Below, piece after piece: positions 18,756 to 28,559 of a stretch of 64,000 bases of DNA. Source of the stretch: Armatimonadota bacterium (GTDB taxonomy: Bacteria; Armatimonadota; Fervidibacteria; Fervidibacterales; Fervidibacteraceae); assembly GCA_032160945.1 (NCBI GenBank), contig JAVHTL010000003.1; one strand, written 5' to 3'. Within the stretch, counting starts at the first letter, position 1. Every line of letters starts with the position of its first letter. The notes beneath the pieces were generated by a model, which was given only the letters and a program-made list of their open reading frames with translations, searched no databases and had not been told where the DNA came from. The translations under genes were made by a program, and so were the position numbers.

Positions 18756-21142
18756 GCAAAAAGGGATATAGGAAATGGGACACGGGACAAGAGAGGTTTG
18801 CTAAGCAAAATCTCGCCATTCGCTATTCGCCACTTGCCATTAACCATTCGCTGTCTGCAATTTTCACGCTGCTCTTTTTGGTTTCCTTTGGGTTTGGGCA
18901 GCAATTGAGTGCACCTTCAACACTGTCCGACAATCTGCTTCGGATTGAAAGCGATTTGCCCATCCGATACTTCCCCAAAGAGCAGGAGTGGCGAACCATT
19001 GATGGTGCAGGAACTGTCAAAATCAACTTCCGAGATTTAACCATTTTCTCACGACGAGCCAGATACAATGAGCGAGAGCGAATTTTGGAAGCGCAGGAAG
19101 GTTTGAGAGCCATCTGGCAAGAGGGCGTTGAGTTTGAAGGCGTAAGGGCAAAGTATTTTCCTGACGAGAGAAGATGGCTCATTGAAGGTGGTAAGGCAAA
19201 TTTTGACCCTGCCTATTTTGGTGAAGGTGTTGCATCACCTCTCTACTTGACTTTGCAAAGGGTTTTTGGGACAAACGAAAAACTGACGGCGCACCAGTGT
19301 ATTTTTTCCTCCTGCGACAAACCGCACCCTCACTACAGTTTGCAAGCCAAATCCGCTGATGTTGTTCCCAATGACAGGATGATTTTGAGGCATGTCGGAG
19401 TTTACATCGGCAAGACGAAATTGCTCGGTATAGGTCGCTACACCGTTTCGCTGAAACCGCGCCGTCGGCAAAATCGTTTGCCAATATCGCCTGATGTTGG
19501 CAGAGACCAATACAATGGCGTGTTCGTCCGAACAAGTGTCAGCCTTCTTGACACTCGCGATCAAAGCGCCGACTTAGTTTTGGATTGGTCGGAACGGAGA
19601 GGTTTAGGCTACGGGATTGAGCACGATTACACAACTCGGCTTTTGCAAGGTGGCTTTAACTTTTTCGTCCAAAAATCACCATTTGCAGGCATAGAACAAA
19701 ATCTGTCTTGGCGACATCAACATCAACTTTTGCCTGGGCTTTTGCTCTCCGCTTTTTGGGACGAGCGACGAAACACACCCTTTGGTGGTCGCAGTTACAC
19801 CAGTTCTTCAAAGCAGTTTTCCCTCAGACAAAGTTGGAGGCAAGGCACAACAGAGTTATCGCTTCGCACCCTCGGATATGGTGGCTTCGGCAACGACCTA
19901 ACTTGGACTTTGACCCACTCCATAGCAACTGGGAAGCAGTCTTTGAACTTGCTTGTCACCATGAGGGAAGCCTTGAGAGCAGGTCAACCGACTGACAAAG
20001 AGTTGAACGAAAGAATTGAGTTGCATCGGCAACTCTCTGACAAATGGGACATGGCTCTCAAGTTTGAGCAGCGGTTTGACCTTGACAAGGACAGATACAC
20101 TGGCGACAACTTCTACTACGCCCTTGACCGAACCCCAGAACTTTCCTTCAACTTTAAACCCCTAAGGTCAAGTTTCCTGCGACCGAACATTTCCATCGGG
20201 TTTGCCCGTTGGAAAGAACCTCAGTTTGCTTTCGCAGTTCAAAAACCGTTGAGCGTAACGCTGGAACGAATTAACATACGAGTTGACTCACCTCAAAGAA
20301 CTTTCAAACTCACTGGCAATTTGTCTTACAGCCACAGCGGAATTTTTGAGCAGTTCTTCTACGGCAACGATACTGCCCAATACCTTTACGCCTACCGAAG
20401 CACATTGACTTGGAGGTTTGGCGGTAACAGCCAAATGGACTTGAGTTACTGGCTTCAAAAGCATCGTGGCTACACCCCTTTTCGCTCCGACACGCTGACA
20501 AGTTACGAGAATTTGGACTGGCGACTTCAAATTTCGCCGTCGCAAAAGTTTTTCTTGTCAGCGACAACAGGGCTTGACATTGAACGAGATTTTTTCCGTG
20601 ACTTGTTTTTGAACTTGCGATGGCAACCATATCAAGGGATGGCTCTTGATTTGTCAACAGGATACAGCATTGAACGGAGTCGGTGGCAGGACCTTTTAGG
20701 GCGATTACTTTTGAGCAAACCCAGTGGCTTGGGTTTACCGACTTACGGGACTTTCGTCAATTACTACGGCTTGCAACCAACACCCTTTGCTGAGGAGCGA
20801 CCCGTCCCACCACCTGGCGGATTTCGTTCTGAGTTAACCTTTCGCTATTCACCAAATCAAGGTCGGTGGAGTCGCATCCGCTTGTTCCTTGACTGGAGCA
20901 TCACGGGAACTTGGAGGCTTGAAGGGTTGCTCGGTTACAGTGGCATATTGCGCAGGATGGACATCACTCAATTCCGAGTGACAAAAGACTTTCACTGCTA
21001 CCAAATTTGGGCGATATACAACCGAGAGCGCCGTGAGTTTCGTTTTTTCTTTGTCATCAAGGCTTTCCCGATATTCCAGCAATTCTTCGGCACTTCCGAC
21101 CAAGGGGCATTCTTGGACACCAGTTTGGGGCAGGTGTATTGA
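18752..21142 (+). CDS. lptD: LPS-assembly protein LptD-like (OstA-like N-terminus + beta-barrel)
   Basis: FSSCDKPHPHYSLQAKSADV, PDVGRDQYNG, long aromatic beta-rich C-terminus, adjacent to lptF/G. GTG start overlaps the upstream TGA. Confidence 0.75.
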   Translation: MSKKGYRKWDTGQERFAKQNLAIRYSPLAINHSLSAIFTLLFLVSFGFGQQLSAPSTLSDNLLRIESDLPIRYFPKEQEWRTIDGAGTVKINFRDLTIFSRRARYNERERILEAQEGLRAIWQEGVEFEGVRAKYFPDERRWLIEGGKANFDPAYFGEGVASPLYLTLQRVFGTNEKLTAHQCIFSSCDKPHPHYSLQAKSADVVPNDRMILRHVGVYIGKTKLLGIGRYTVSLKPRRRQNRLPISPDVGRDQYNGVFVRTSVSLLDTRDQSADLVLDWSERRGLGYGIEHDYTTRLLQGGFNFFVQKSPFAGIEQNLSWRHQHQLLPGLLLSAFWDERRNTPFGGRSYTSSSKQFSLRQSWRQGTTELSLRTLGYGGFGNDLTWTLTHSIATGKQSLNLLVTMREALRAGQPTDKELNERIELHRQLSDKWDMALKFEQRFDLDKDRYTGDNFYYALDRTPELSFNFKPLRSSFLRPNISIGFARWKEPQFAFAVQKPLSVTLERINIRVDSPQRTFKLTGNLSYSHSGIFEQFFYGNDTAQYLYAYRSTLTWRFGGNSQMDLSYWLQKHRGYTPFRSDTLTSYENLDWRLQISPSQKFFLSATTGLDIERDFFRDLFLNLRWQPYQGMALDLSTGYSIERSRWQDLLGRLLLSKPSGLGLPTYGTFVNYYGLQPTPFAEERPVPPPGGFRSELTFRYSPNQGRWSRIRLFLDWSITGTWRLEGLLGYSGILRRMDITQFRVTKDFHCYQIWAIYNRERREFRFFFVIKAFPIFQQFFGTSDQGAFLDTSLGQVY
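18813..18854 (+). repeat. Six degenerate heptamers (TCGCCAT family) in the LptD N-terminal/signal region
   Basis: TCGCCAT TCGCTAT TCGCCAC TTGCCAT TAACCAT TCGCTGT (42 bp, 14 codons). A GGGACA-type run also lies at about 18762-18790. Confidence 0.65.
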
Positions 21143-22971
21143 AAGCGATGGTTTTCGGGCAACCTCAATTTTTGCCTTTGCTCGCTCTCGCCTCTCTGCC
21201 TTTGCTCATCCACCTTTTGGCTCGCCGTCAAAGGCGAATTGTCAAGTTCAGCATGACGAGATTTTTGCAAGAAGTTGCTCAGCAAACGCAGGGCAAAAGG
21301 TGGCTTAGGGAACTTTTACTTTTGCTGCTCAGGACAGGTGCAATTTTGTTCGCCCTTTTGACTTTGCTCCGCCCATATGCACCTTTGCCATTGCCCCTTC
21401 CGCCAGCCCCGACATCAATCGCCATCGTCATTGACAACTCTTTGAGCATGCAAAGTCAAAATCGGAACGGCAAAGTTTGGTTTGATCAGGCATTGGAGTG
21501 GTGCGAAAGGGCAATAAGAGATTTGCCAGCAGAGATAGCCTTGCTCACTGCCGACAAAGTATCAGAGCCAATTTGCGATTTCACAAGGGATTTGCCACGG
21601 AGGTTGAAGGCACTCAATCAAATTCGCCCAACATTCAAAAGTCTGGATTTGGCAACTGCTATTAGAGCAGCGGACACTCTCCTCAATCACCAAGCAGCAG
21701 CGGTTAAGCGCATCGTAGCCATTACCGACATGCAAAGCGAGCCCTTTCGCTCTTTAGACCTGCCCAGACTGAGCAACCCACTCGCCATCGTTGATGTCAA
21801 GCATTCAGAGCAAGTCAGCAATGTTCGGCTCAATGCAAAACTTCGTTTACCCTTAGACCCAAACATTGATGGCTCAATAACAGTTGAACTGCAAAACCTG
21901 AGCCTGCAACCGCTCAGAGGTTCAGTTGTCGCTTCTGTCTCAGGGAAACCTTTTGCCCGAACCGAAGTTTCGTTGCAGCCACAAATGCAGATGAACTTGA
22001 ATTTGCCGATGCCGTCTTGGGTTCTTGATGCCAGCAACGAAAAAGGCACGGTGCAAGTTGAAGTCCGATGGAACTCAGACTTTGACATTTTTAGTTGGGA
22101 CGATTTCCTTTGCTTCACTTTCAAATCGCCAAAGCGAATTCGTGTGGTCAATTCCGTCAAGGAAGGTTTCCAGTTTGTGGATGCAGCGTTGAGAGCATTA
22201 AACATTTTGCCCATTGCCAAGGCGTCTTCCCGCAATTTTGATGCCGTCATCGCATCCGCTCCGACTGATGAAAAAGTGGCTAAAGAATTGGCAGATTGGG
22301 TTCGTCAAGGTGGGACAGCAATCATCATTGCCGACAGCCCTGCTTCGCCTTTTTGGTCAGAAGTTGGTGCTTCAATTCGGCAAGTTCGGAAAAGGGAAAA
22401 GTTGCAGGTTCAGTGGGTTGACGAAACTAACCCAATTTTGAAAGGCTTGGGCGCTTCACTTAAAGGTGTGAAGGCGCAACCAATTTTGAGTTTCAAGGAC
22501 AAAAGGGCAAGTTCAAAGGTGCTTGCGAGCCTGAGCGATGGCACTCCGTTTTTGGTTGAATTTGATGTCGGCTCAGGTAGTTGCCTCGTCTTCACAGCAC
22601 CTTTTAACCCTCAACTCACCAACATCGTTTATTCACCAGCCTTCGTCCCGCTAATTTATCGTTTCGCCAGGTTCGCAACTCATGGTCACGAGTTGAGTGC
22701 GATTGAGGCAGAGGAGAAACCTCAATCATCGCTGAAGCGAACGACCGTTGTGCCCAAAAGCGAAAGCGATTTTAGGCTACCATCGCAAAAAGACATCGTT
22801 GCTAAACTGGGGCAACTTGGTGTAAGGGTTATATCTGCCAACCAATCACCCAAAATTTTGCTTTCCGAAACAAAATTGCGGGACTTAACGAATTTGTGCC
22901 TATTTTTGGTTCTCCTTTGCCTATTGGCAGAGATACTTTTGACTTTCTTCTGGTGGCGAAGGGCAAGATGA
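21139..22971 (+). CDS. BatA-like/vWA domain membrane-anchored protein
   Basis: FGQPQFLPLLALASLPLLIHLL (BatA N-terminus), IAIVIDNSLSM (MIDAS), IVAITDMQ, C-terminal TM helix. Confidence 0.85.
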   Translation: MKAMVFGQPQFLPLLALASLPLLIHLLARRQRRIVKFSMTRFLQEVAQQTQGKRWLRELLLLLLRTGAILFALLTLLRPYAPLPLPLPPAPTSIAIVIDNSLSMQSQNRNGKVWFDQALEWCERAIRDLPAEIALLTADKVSEPICDFTRDLPRRLKALNQIRPTFKSLDLATAIRAADTLLNHQAAAVKRIVAITDMQSEPFRSLDLPRLSNPLAIVDVKHSEQVSNVRLNAKLRLPLDPNIDGSITVELQNLSLQPLRGSVVASVSGKPFARTEVSLQPQMQMNLNLPMPSWVLDASNEKGTVQVEVRWNSDFDIFSWDDFLCFTFKSPKRIRVVNSVKEGFQFVDAALRALNILPIAKASSRNFDAVIASAPTDEKVAKELADWVRQGGTAIIIADSPASPFWSEVGASIRQVRKREKLQVQWVDETNPILKGLGASLKGVKAQPILSFKDKRASSKVLASLSDGTPFLVEFDVGSGSCLVFTAPFNPQLTNIVYSPAFVPLIYRFARFATHGHELSAIEAEEKPQSSLKRTTVVPKSESDFRLPSQKDIVAKLGQLGVRVISANQSPKILLSETKLRDLTNLCLFLVLLCLLAEILLTFFWWRRAR

Positions 22972-23033
22972 AAAACCTACTGAACAAAATCAGCGTTAAA
23001 GAGATGCGCCAAAAGCCTTAGGTTAAATTCCTT

Positions 23034-24014
23034 TCACTTGAGGATTAGCACTTCTGCAAAGCAATGAAGCGTCAACCAAAGTGACGGGAAGCAAAAGATG
23101 AGGGAGCAAAGTGATAAGCCACAAATTATGAGGGCAGAACTTAACGAGTTTTCGGAGATGTTTTTTGCCCGCTGCGATTTAAGCCTTTTAACTCGGTTCG
23201 CCAACTGTTCAGCGGACATGGGAATCCAGATGCTTTGAAGCACCTTCAAGGCAAAGATTAAAAGTTTGGCAGATTTTTCATTACCCGTTGCGAAATCATC
23301 GGCTGCTTTCTCGCTTGCGTCCTGCCACTCTCTTTGAAGCCAAACAGCAAAGGGGATAGGGGCGAAAACTAAAGAAACGATGAAGATGAGAGGGCGAAGC
23401 CAATGGTCACGCCGAACCAAGTGAGCATATTCGTGAAGCAAAACGACCTCCAATGCCGAAGTCGGCAAGCGACGAATTAATTCTTGTGAGACGAAAATTG
23501 AAGGTGAAACCACGCCGACGAGAAGGGCAGGAAGATCGCTGCCCGTCTCCCAGACAGGCAAATTGCTTGGGAAATTAACATTGGCGATGGCTTGGCGGAG
23601 TTTTGGTGATGGCTCAATCCGTTTAATGTATAGTCGTCGGCACATCAAAATCATCAAAATCGCACTTGCTAAACCGAACCAAACTAAGGTGCACCAAAAG
23701 GCAATTTGACTGCCAAAGACATTTGTTGCTGCTGCATGACCGCAAAAGTGTTTTACAGAATGCTCGCACAAGTGATAGTAGCGGACAGAGGTCGCAGGGC
23801 AAAGAAACGCTGAGGTTAGACTTGCAACTGTGAAAGTAAAACCAAAACTTGGTGGCAAAAGCAAAGCAAAAGCGGTCAATCTCGCCCAATTTGACCCATC
23901 AACTTTTCCCAAAGGAGAAAATCTCTTTATCAGCCAAAGAGTTACTCCAGCGGCGAAAATCAAGAAGGCGCTCACAAAAAACCAAAGGACAATGCCTGCA
24001 AGTATCACTTGCAT
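23034..24014 (-). CDS. M56 family metallopeptidase (BlaR1-like, no penicillin-binding sensor domain)
   Basis: ALLVGVVSPSIFVS, VVLLHEYAHLVRRDH, EKAADDFA; adjacent to blaI. Confidence 0.88.
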   Translation of the reverse strand: MQVILAGIVLWFFVSAFLIFAAGVTLWLIKRFSPLGKVDGSNWARLTAFALLLPPSFGFTFTVASLTSAFLCPATSVRYYHLCEHSVKHFCGHAAATNVFGSQIAFWCTLVWFGLASAILMILMCRRLYIKRIEPSPKLRQAIANVNFPSNLPVWETGSDLPALLVGVVSPSIFVSQELIRRLPTSALEVVLLHEYAHLVRRDHWLRPLIFIVSLVFAPIPFAVWLQREWQDASEKAADDFATGNEKSAKLLIFALKVLQSIWIPMSAEQLANRVKRLKSQRAKNISENSLSSALIICGLSLCSLIFCFPSLWLTLHCFAEVLILK

Positions 24015-24020
24015 TTGACA

Positions 24021-24347
24021 TCACCTTCGCTTGCCAACAACTTTAGCCAAGTAAGAAATCGCTGGCTCGCCAAAAACAGCAACAATTCTGTCAATGGCTG
24101 AGTCAACAAACCGCTTCAACAGCGTTTCACGGGGATAGTTTGGGAAGTAGCGGTAACCTTTGCCTTCTTTGACCCTGCTCAAAATTCCCTTTTCATGCAG
24201 CCTCACCATGACAGTCATGACCGTTGTGTATGCCAGACGCTTACCACGCGACCTAAGTTCCAGCCAAACCTCTCTGACGGTCACCGATTTCCTATCCCAA
24301 ACAATGCGCATAATTTCTGCTTCCAGTGGGCTGAACATTGCCATCAC
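24021..24347 (-). CDS. blaI: BlaI/MecI/CopY family repressor
   Basis: SPLEAEIMRIVWDRKSVTVREV..LAYTTVMTVMVRLHEKGILSR.KEG..YRY. Confidence 0.93.
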   Translation of the reverse strand: MMAMFSPLEAEIMRIVWDRKSVTVREVWLELRSRGKRLAYTTVMTVMVRLHEKGILSRVKEGKGYRYFPNYPRETLLKRFVDSAIDRIVAVFGEPAISYLAKVVGKRR

Positions 24348-24375
24348 CAGATAGAACTTTTTGTCACACCTTTCC

Positions 24376-24391
24376 TACGACAGCAATAGTA
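24376..24391. promoter_or_regulatory. Candidate BlaI-type operator (imperfect inverted repeat)
   Basis: TACGAC-AGCA-ATAGTA about 30 bp upstream of blaI. The TAC...GTA core resembles BlaI/CopY operators. Confidence 0.3.
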
Positions 24392-24493
24392 AGTCAATTG
24401 CCCTCATACAAGTTTTTCGTGTATAGACAGGCAAAATTCGCCTGCAAATATTTCGGGCTAACGCTCTTTACTACGAACTTTGTTGGTGACTTA

Positions 24494-24600
24494 TGTAGGG
24501 CGGGGCTTCCATGCCCAGCCGACAAATTTTGTGGGGCAGGACAGAACATGCGCCTTACATGTCGGCACGGGACAGAGCCCGTGCCCTAAATGGCGACAAT
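24494..24600. repeat. Cluster of three REP-like elements related to the 30.5-kb array units
   Basis: TGTAGGGCGGGGCTTCCATGCCCAGCCGAC (24494-24523), inverted TGTAAGGCGCATGTTCTGTCCTGCCCC (24533-24560), GGGACAGAGCCCGTGCCCTAAATGGCGAC (24569-24597). Confidence 0.8.
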
Positions 24601-24642
24601 TTTTTGAATTGGTATTAGTGAAGAAGCCGAAGGTGGTTAAGG

Positions 24643-24864
24643 TCAAGAGGTGGGGGATAAAGGTTTTGTGTGTTGGGTTTGAGAGAAAGAAGAGGGATGG
24701 ACAAATCCATTTTCATCAACTTTCCTTCTTGACAGCCTTCTCCTTTCGTAATCTGGATAGGCTTCTCTAAGAACAGCCATAAGTTCATCAAATTCTTGAA
24801 GAGAAATTCCAGTAAGGCGACGAAAGAGGTTAGGGGACTTTTTGGCTTTTTCTAAGTTGAGCAT
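24643..24864 (-). pseudogene. Truncated transposase N-terminus (IS5-like/DDE_Tnp_4-associated HTH)
   Basis: MLNLEKAKKSPNLFRRLTGISLQEFDELMAVLREAYPDYERRRLSRR resembles the start of these transposases. Similarity then stops and no DDE domain follows. Confidence 0.7.
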
Positions 24865-24951
24865 GGTCAATTTCACCTTTTTACATGAACTTAGGCTCGG
24901 GTTATAATAGTAGCATCGTCAAAGCCATAAGGCAATGACGCAATAAGTTTA

Positions 24952-26307
24952 GTGAAATCGGAGGTGATAGTAATGCAGAAGTCGTCAGTGATTTTGCTCG
25001 CATTGGTGCTTTGTCAATTTGCCTCAGCATTTCAAGTTGTTGAAAAAATCACCAATGGTGGCTTTGAGAGGTTAGACGAGAGACAGTTCCCAGTTGATTG
25101 GAATTTTCATGTCAGTCAAGTAGACGATGCAGTTGTCCGTGTCACGACTGATGCAGCTGAAGGTCGCTATGCCGTTTACATGGAATCGCGCTCAACTGCA
25201 ATTGCTTATGTCTCTCGCTCGTATCGTAGGGGCATGCCTGGCGAATTTGTCCCTGACATTGGCGCAATGTTGCCATTCAAAAAAGGTGCGTTGGTTTTTC
25301 GCTACAAAGTCATCAAGGTAACATCGGACAATGTTCGCGTTTACGCTATCCCGATGAAAGCGGACAATTGGGAAGGTGGCGCTTCGCGTGAGGCTTACAT
25401 CGTCCCAGCAGAATTCTCTGGTGACAACAAATGGCACACTGGAGTTTTGGCTTTTGATTTTTCCGACAAGCCTGAAGTTCGGTCAGTGCAGATTGGGTTG
25501 CGCATTAACGAAGGAGGTAAAATTGCCCCCGCAGCAGTTATCTTTGACGACTTCCGATTTGTTGAAAAAGCAGGTTGGCATTTAAAACTCGTAAGTTTTG
25601 TTTTTATGGAAGGAGAGAACCCCAATGAGCAATGCCATATAATCTTGCTCCTTCAAAACACAGGTGACGAACCTGCACCAATAAATGCCCAGTTATCTGC
25701 CCCTAAAAATCTTGCGATCAAGGCAATTGAAATCCCATCAAGCGTAGAACCGAAAAAAGTAGCATCTTTGAGGTGGGTTGTCAAAGGGAAAATTGAAGTT
25801 GACACTAAGTTCGTTGTCCAGTGGGAATCAATGCCGAAGACCATTGAAACTTTAGAGCGCACTTATTCGGGACGAATATGGCGACCTGTTTGGGATTTTA
25901 ACCGAGATAATGACTCCGAGGCTTGGGGACCTTACAGTCATCTTTCTCCTTTTGAAGTCAAAGGCGGAATTTTGAAAACTCACTCAACGGGAGAAGACCC
26001 TCACATGTATGGTCCTTTAATCTCCGCTATTGCGACAAGGTTTAAGACGCTCGTTTTGAGGCTGAGGATTCAGTTCCCTCAAGGCACTCAACCAATCGGG
26101 CAAGTCTTTTGGATTCGCGCAGATGACCCGAATTGGAGCGAAAGCAAAAGTCTCCGTTTCCCACTCCCGACCGACGGACAGTGGCACGAGTTGAAAGTTG
26201 ACTTGAGCAAGTCTCCAGAGTGGAAAGGAATAATAATTCAACTCCGCTTTGACCCCGGCTCTGGTTCAGGCATAGTCTTGGAACTTGACTATGTTAAGTT
26301 GGAGTGA
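24952..26307 (+). CDS. Secreted protein of carbohydrate-binding-like beta-sandwich modules
   Basis: Signal peptide; ITNGGFE...W (CBM4/9-like); Ig-like middle; WDFN...GEDPHMYGP...GQVFW...DGQWHELKVDL...QLRFDP C-terminal module. Confidence 0.65.
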   Translation: MKSEVIVMQKSSVILLALVLCQFASAFQVVEKITNGGFERLDERQFPVDWNFHVSQVDDAVVRVTTDAAEGRYAVYMESRSTAIAYVSRSYRRGMPGEFVPDIGAMLPFKKGALVFRYKVIKVTSDNVRVYAIPMKADNWEGGASREAYIVPAEFSGDNKWHTGVLAFDFSDKPEVRSVQIGLRINEGGKIAPAAVIFDDFRFVEKAGWHLKLVSFVFMEGENPNEQCHIILLLQNTGDEPAPINAQLSAPKNLAIKAIEIPSSVEPKKVASLRWVVKGKIEVDTKFVVQWESMPKTIETLERTYSGRIWRPVWDFNRDNDSEAWGPYSHLSPFEVKGGILKTHSTGEDPHMYGPLISAIATRFKTLVLRLRIQFPQGTQPIGQVFWIRADDPNWSESKSLRFPLPTDGQWHELKVDLSKSPEWKGIIIQLRFDPGSGSGIVLELDYVKLE

Positions 26308-26580
26308 CAAGGGCAACACTGCTCACGAAACGCTGCCGATGGCAGCGCGCCTAATCCGTGATGAAAAAATCGCTTCAAAATCTTTCTTGCAAATCGTTGC
26401 ACATAACCTGAGAAGTGAAGCGTCATTGGTGGAGACAAGTGAAAGGGCAAAAAGCGCCTTACCACATTTTTCGTGTTAACCTTAAAGCAATGCTAAGGGT
26501 AACTAAAATTTGCGTCTCAATCGTGTGGCAATGTTTTTTACTCGTGGAACTCGTCTTATCACAGGGGGGTTATTCTTTGC

Positions 26581-27531
26581 ATGGGTGAAGCATCGGTGAA
26601 TGTGATGAAATCTCAAGACACCTTGAAAGTGAAACTGGGAATCAACTGTGGCTTTGCAATTAACCGCTTCCCAGAGCCAGAGGTGTGGGCTCGCATAGTT
26701 GGCGAGATTCTCAATTTGCGCTACTGCCAATTTGTCGCCGACTTGCTCAACCCGTTTTGGGAAGATGAGGTCATCTCAGACCAATTGGCAAGGATAAAGG
26801 AAGCAACCCATCGCTACGGAATCGTGATTGAGACGACCTTCACAAGTGCCTTCACGAGGGTTAACCATTTGCTGCATCCAGACCCACTGATACGCCGCAT
26901 GTGGTTCAACTGGTTCAAGCGATTCTTCAAGTTGAGCAAGGAACTCGGCGCAGTTGGCAGCGGGAGTCATTTTGGCATTATGTCTGTAATGGATTGCTCT
27001 GACCCAAAGAGGTTTGATGAGAGGATGCGTGAGGGCGTCAGGCTGTGGCAGGAGTTGACGAAGGTGGCAAGCGACATCGGATTGAAGTTCCTTATGTTTG
27101 AGCCGATGTCAGTCCCAAGGGAAATGGGCGAGACAATTGCAAAGGCAAGGATGCTTTATGAGGCGGTGAATGAGAACGCTGCCGTGCCTTTCTTGATGTG
27201 CTTGGATGTTGATCACGGAGATGTGCTTTCTGAAGACCCGAGAGATATAGACCCATATGCATGGCTTGAAGAATTTGGTAACATTGCACCAGTCGTGCAC
27301 ATAAAACAAAGCCTGAAAGACAAAAGCGGGCACTGGCCGTTCACCGAGGAATACAACTGCAGGGGCATAATACGACCAAAGTTAGTAATTGAAGCGCTTG
27401 AGCGTTCTGGAGCAAGAGAAGTGACCTTGACGCTTGAAATATCGCACCGTGAAAGGCGACCCTATGACGAGAGGGTTGTGGATGACCTTATTGAATCCGT
27501 CCGATATTGGCGAGCCTATGTGAAGGAGTGA
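26581..27531 (+). CDS. eryC: D-erythrulose-1-phosphate 3-epimerase (EryC)-like TIM barrel
   Basis: NRFPEPE, RVNHLLHPD, FEPMSVPREMGETI, LDVDHGDV, DPYAW, VHIKQSLKDKSGHWPFT and LEISHRER match the EryC motifs as I recall them. Confidence 0.8.
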   Translation: MGEASVNVMKSQDTLKVKLGINCGFAINRFPEPEVWARIVGEILNLRYCQFVADLLNPFWEDEVISDQLARIKEATHRYGIVIETTFTSAFTRVNHLLHPDPLIRRMWFNWFKRFFKLSKELGAVGSGSHFGIMSVMDCSDPKRFDERMREGVRLWQELTKVASDIGLKFLMFEPMSVPREMGETIAKARMLYEAVNENAAVPFLMCLDVDHGDVLSEDPRDIDPYAWLEEFGNIAPVVHIKQSLKDKSGHWPFTEEYNCRGIIRPKLVIEALERSGAREVTLTLEISHRERRPYDERVVDDLIESVRYWRAYVKE

Positions 27532-28553
27532 TGGCTGTGAAAGCCTTCGTTCTTGATGCACCTGGAAAGTTTGAAGTCCGTGAGGTTGAAACTCCAAACT
27601 TGGGATGCGGAGAAGTTCTCATTCGTGTTGCAGCCTGTGGCATATGTGGCTCTGACATACCCAGGGTTATGGAGACAGGCGCATACAGGCATCCATTAAT
27701 ACCAGGGCACGAGTTAGCAGGATATGTCCATAGCGTAGGTGAAGGGGTTGATGAAGGGCTTCTCGGAATGGCTGTGGCTGTTTATCCGCTCATACCTTGC
27801 AGGAGATGTGAGCAGTGTTTGAAGGGCTTATTTAACCTTTGCGAGAGTTACGATTACCTTGGCTCAAGAAGGGATGGTGGCTTTGCTGAGTTTGTGCTTG
27901 CTCCAGCGCAAAACATCGTGCCAATACCCAACGGGGTGAATGTTGAACATGCAGCGCTGAGCGAGCCATCAGCAGTTGCTTTTCACGGTCTAATGAGGGT
28001 TGGATTAAGCGATGGCGAAAGCATCCTCGTTCTCGGTGCAGGTCCAATCGGTTTGCTCATTTGCCAAATAGCCAAGTTGATGGGTTCAAGGAATGTGTTC
28101 GTTTTTGATGTGGTTGACTGGAAGATGGAAATTGCTGAGAAGAACGGATGGGCAAAATGCGTGAGCGAGTCAGAGATTGCAAAAGGTTCACTTAAGGTTG
28201 ACATCATCGTTGATGCTGTTGGTGCGCCAAGTGTCCTTTTGACGGCTCTTAAGGTCGCTGGCAAGCGAAGCAGAATATTGCTGATTGGGAATCCACATGG
28301 CAATGTGACCCTTGAGAAGGCTCTCCTTTCAAAGGTGCTGCGAAGCGAACTTCACATTGTCGGGAGTTGGAACTCTCTTTGCGAATCTGAATGGGAAACG
28401 ATTTTAAACTGGATGGCAAAAGGCGACTTGGCTATTGAGCCTTTAATCACACACAGGTTGAAGTTGGAAGACTTGCCAAAGGCGTTTGTTGAGATGAGTT
28501 TGGGAAAGATGCAAGCGGTAAAAGCGCTCGTCATAACTCTTGACAGGAGGTAA
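27531..28553 (+). CDS. Zn-dependent polyol(-phosphate) dehydrogenase, GatD-like
   Basis: CGICGSD, GHE, CRRCEQC..G.FNLC, GAGPIG, HIVGSWNS. TGATG coupling to eryC. Confidence 0.9.
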   Translation: MAVKAFVLDAPGKFEVREVETPNLGCGEVLIRVAACGICGSDIPRVMETGAYRHPLIPGHELAGYVHSVGEGVDEGLLGMAVAVYPLIPCRRCEQCLKGLFNLCESYDYLGSRRDGGFAEFVLAPAQNIVPIPNGVNVEHAALSEPSAVAFHGLMRVGLSDGESILVLGAGPIGLLICQIAKLMGSRNVFVFDVVDWKMEIAEKNGWAKCVSESEIAKGSLKVDIIVDAVGAPSVLLTALKVAGKRSRILLIGNPHGNVTLEKALLSKVLRSELHIVGSWNSLCESEWETILNWMAKGDLAIEPLITHRLKLEDLPKAFVEMSLGKMQAVKALVITLDRR

Positions 28554-28559
28554 GGGAAC

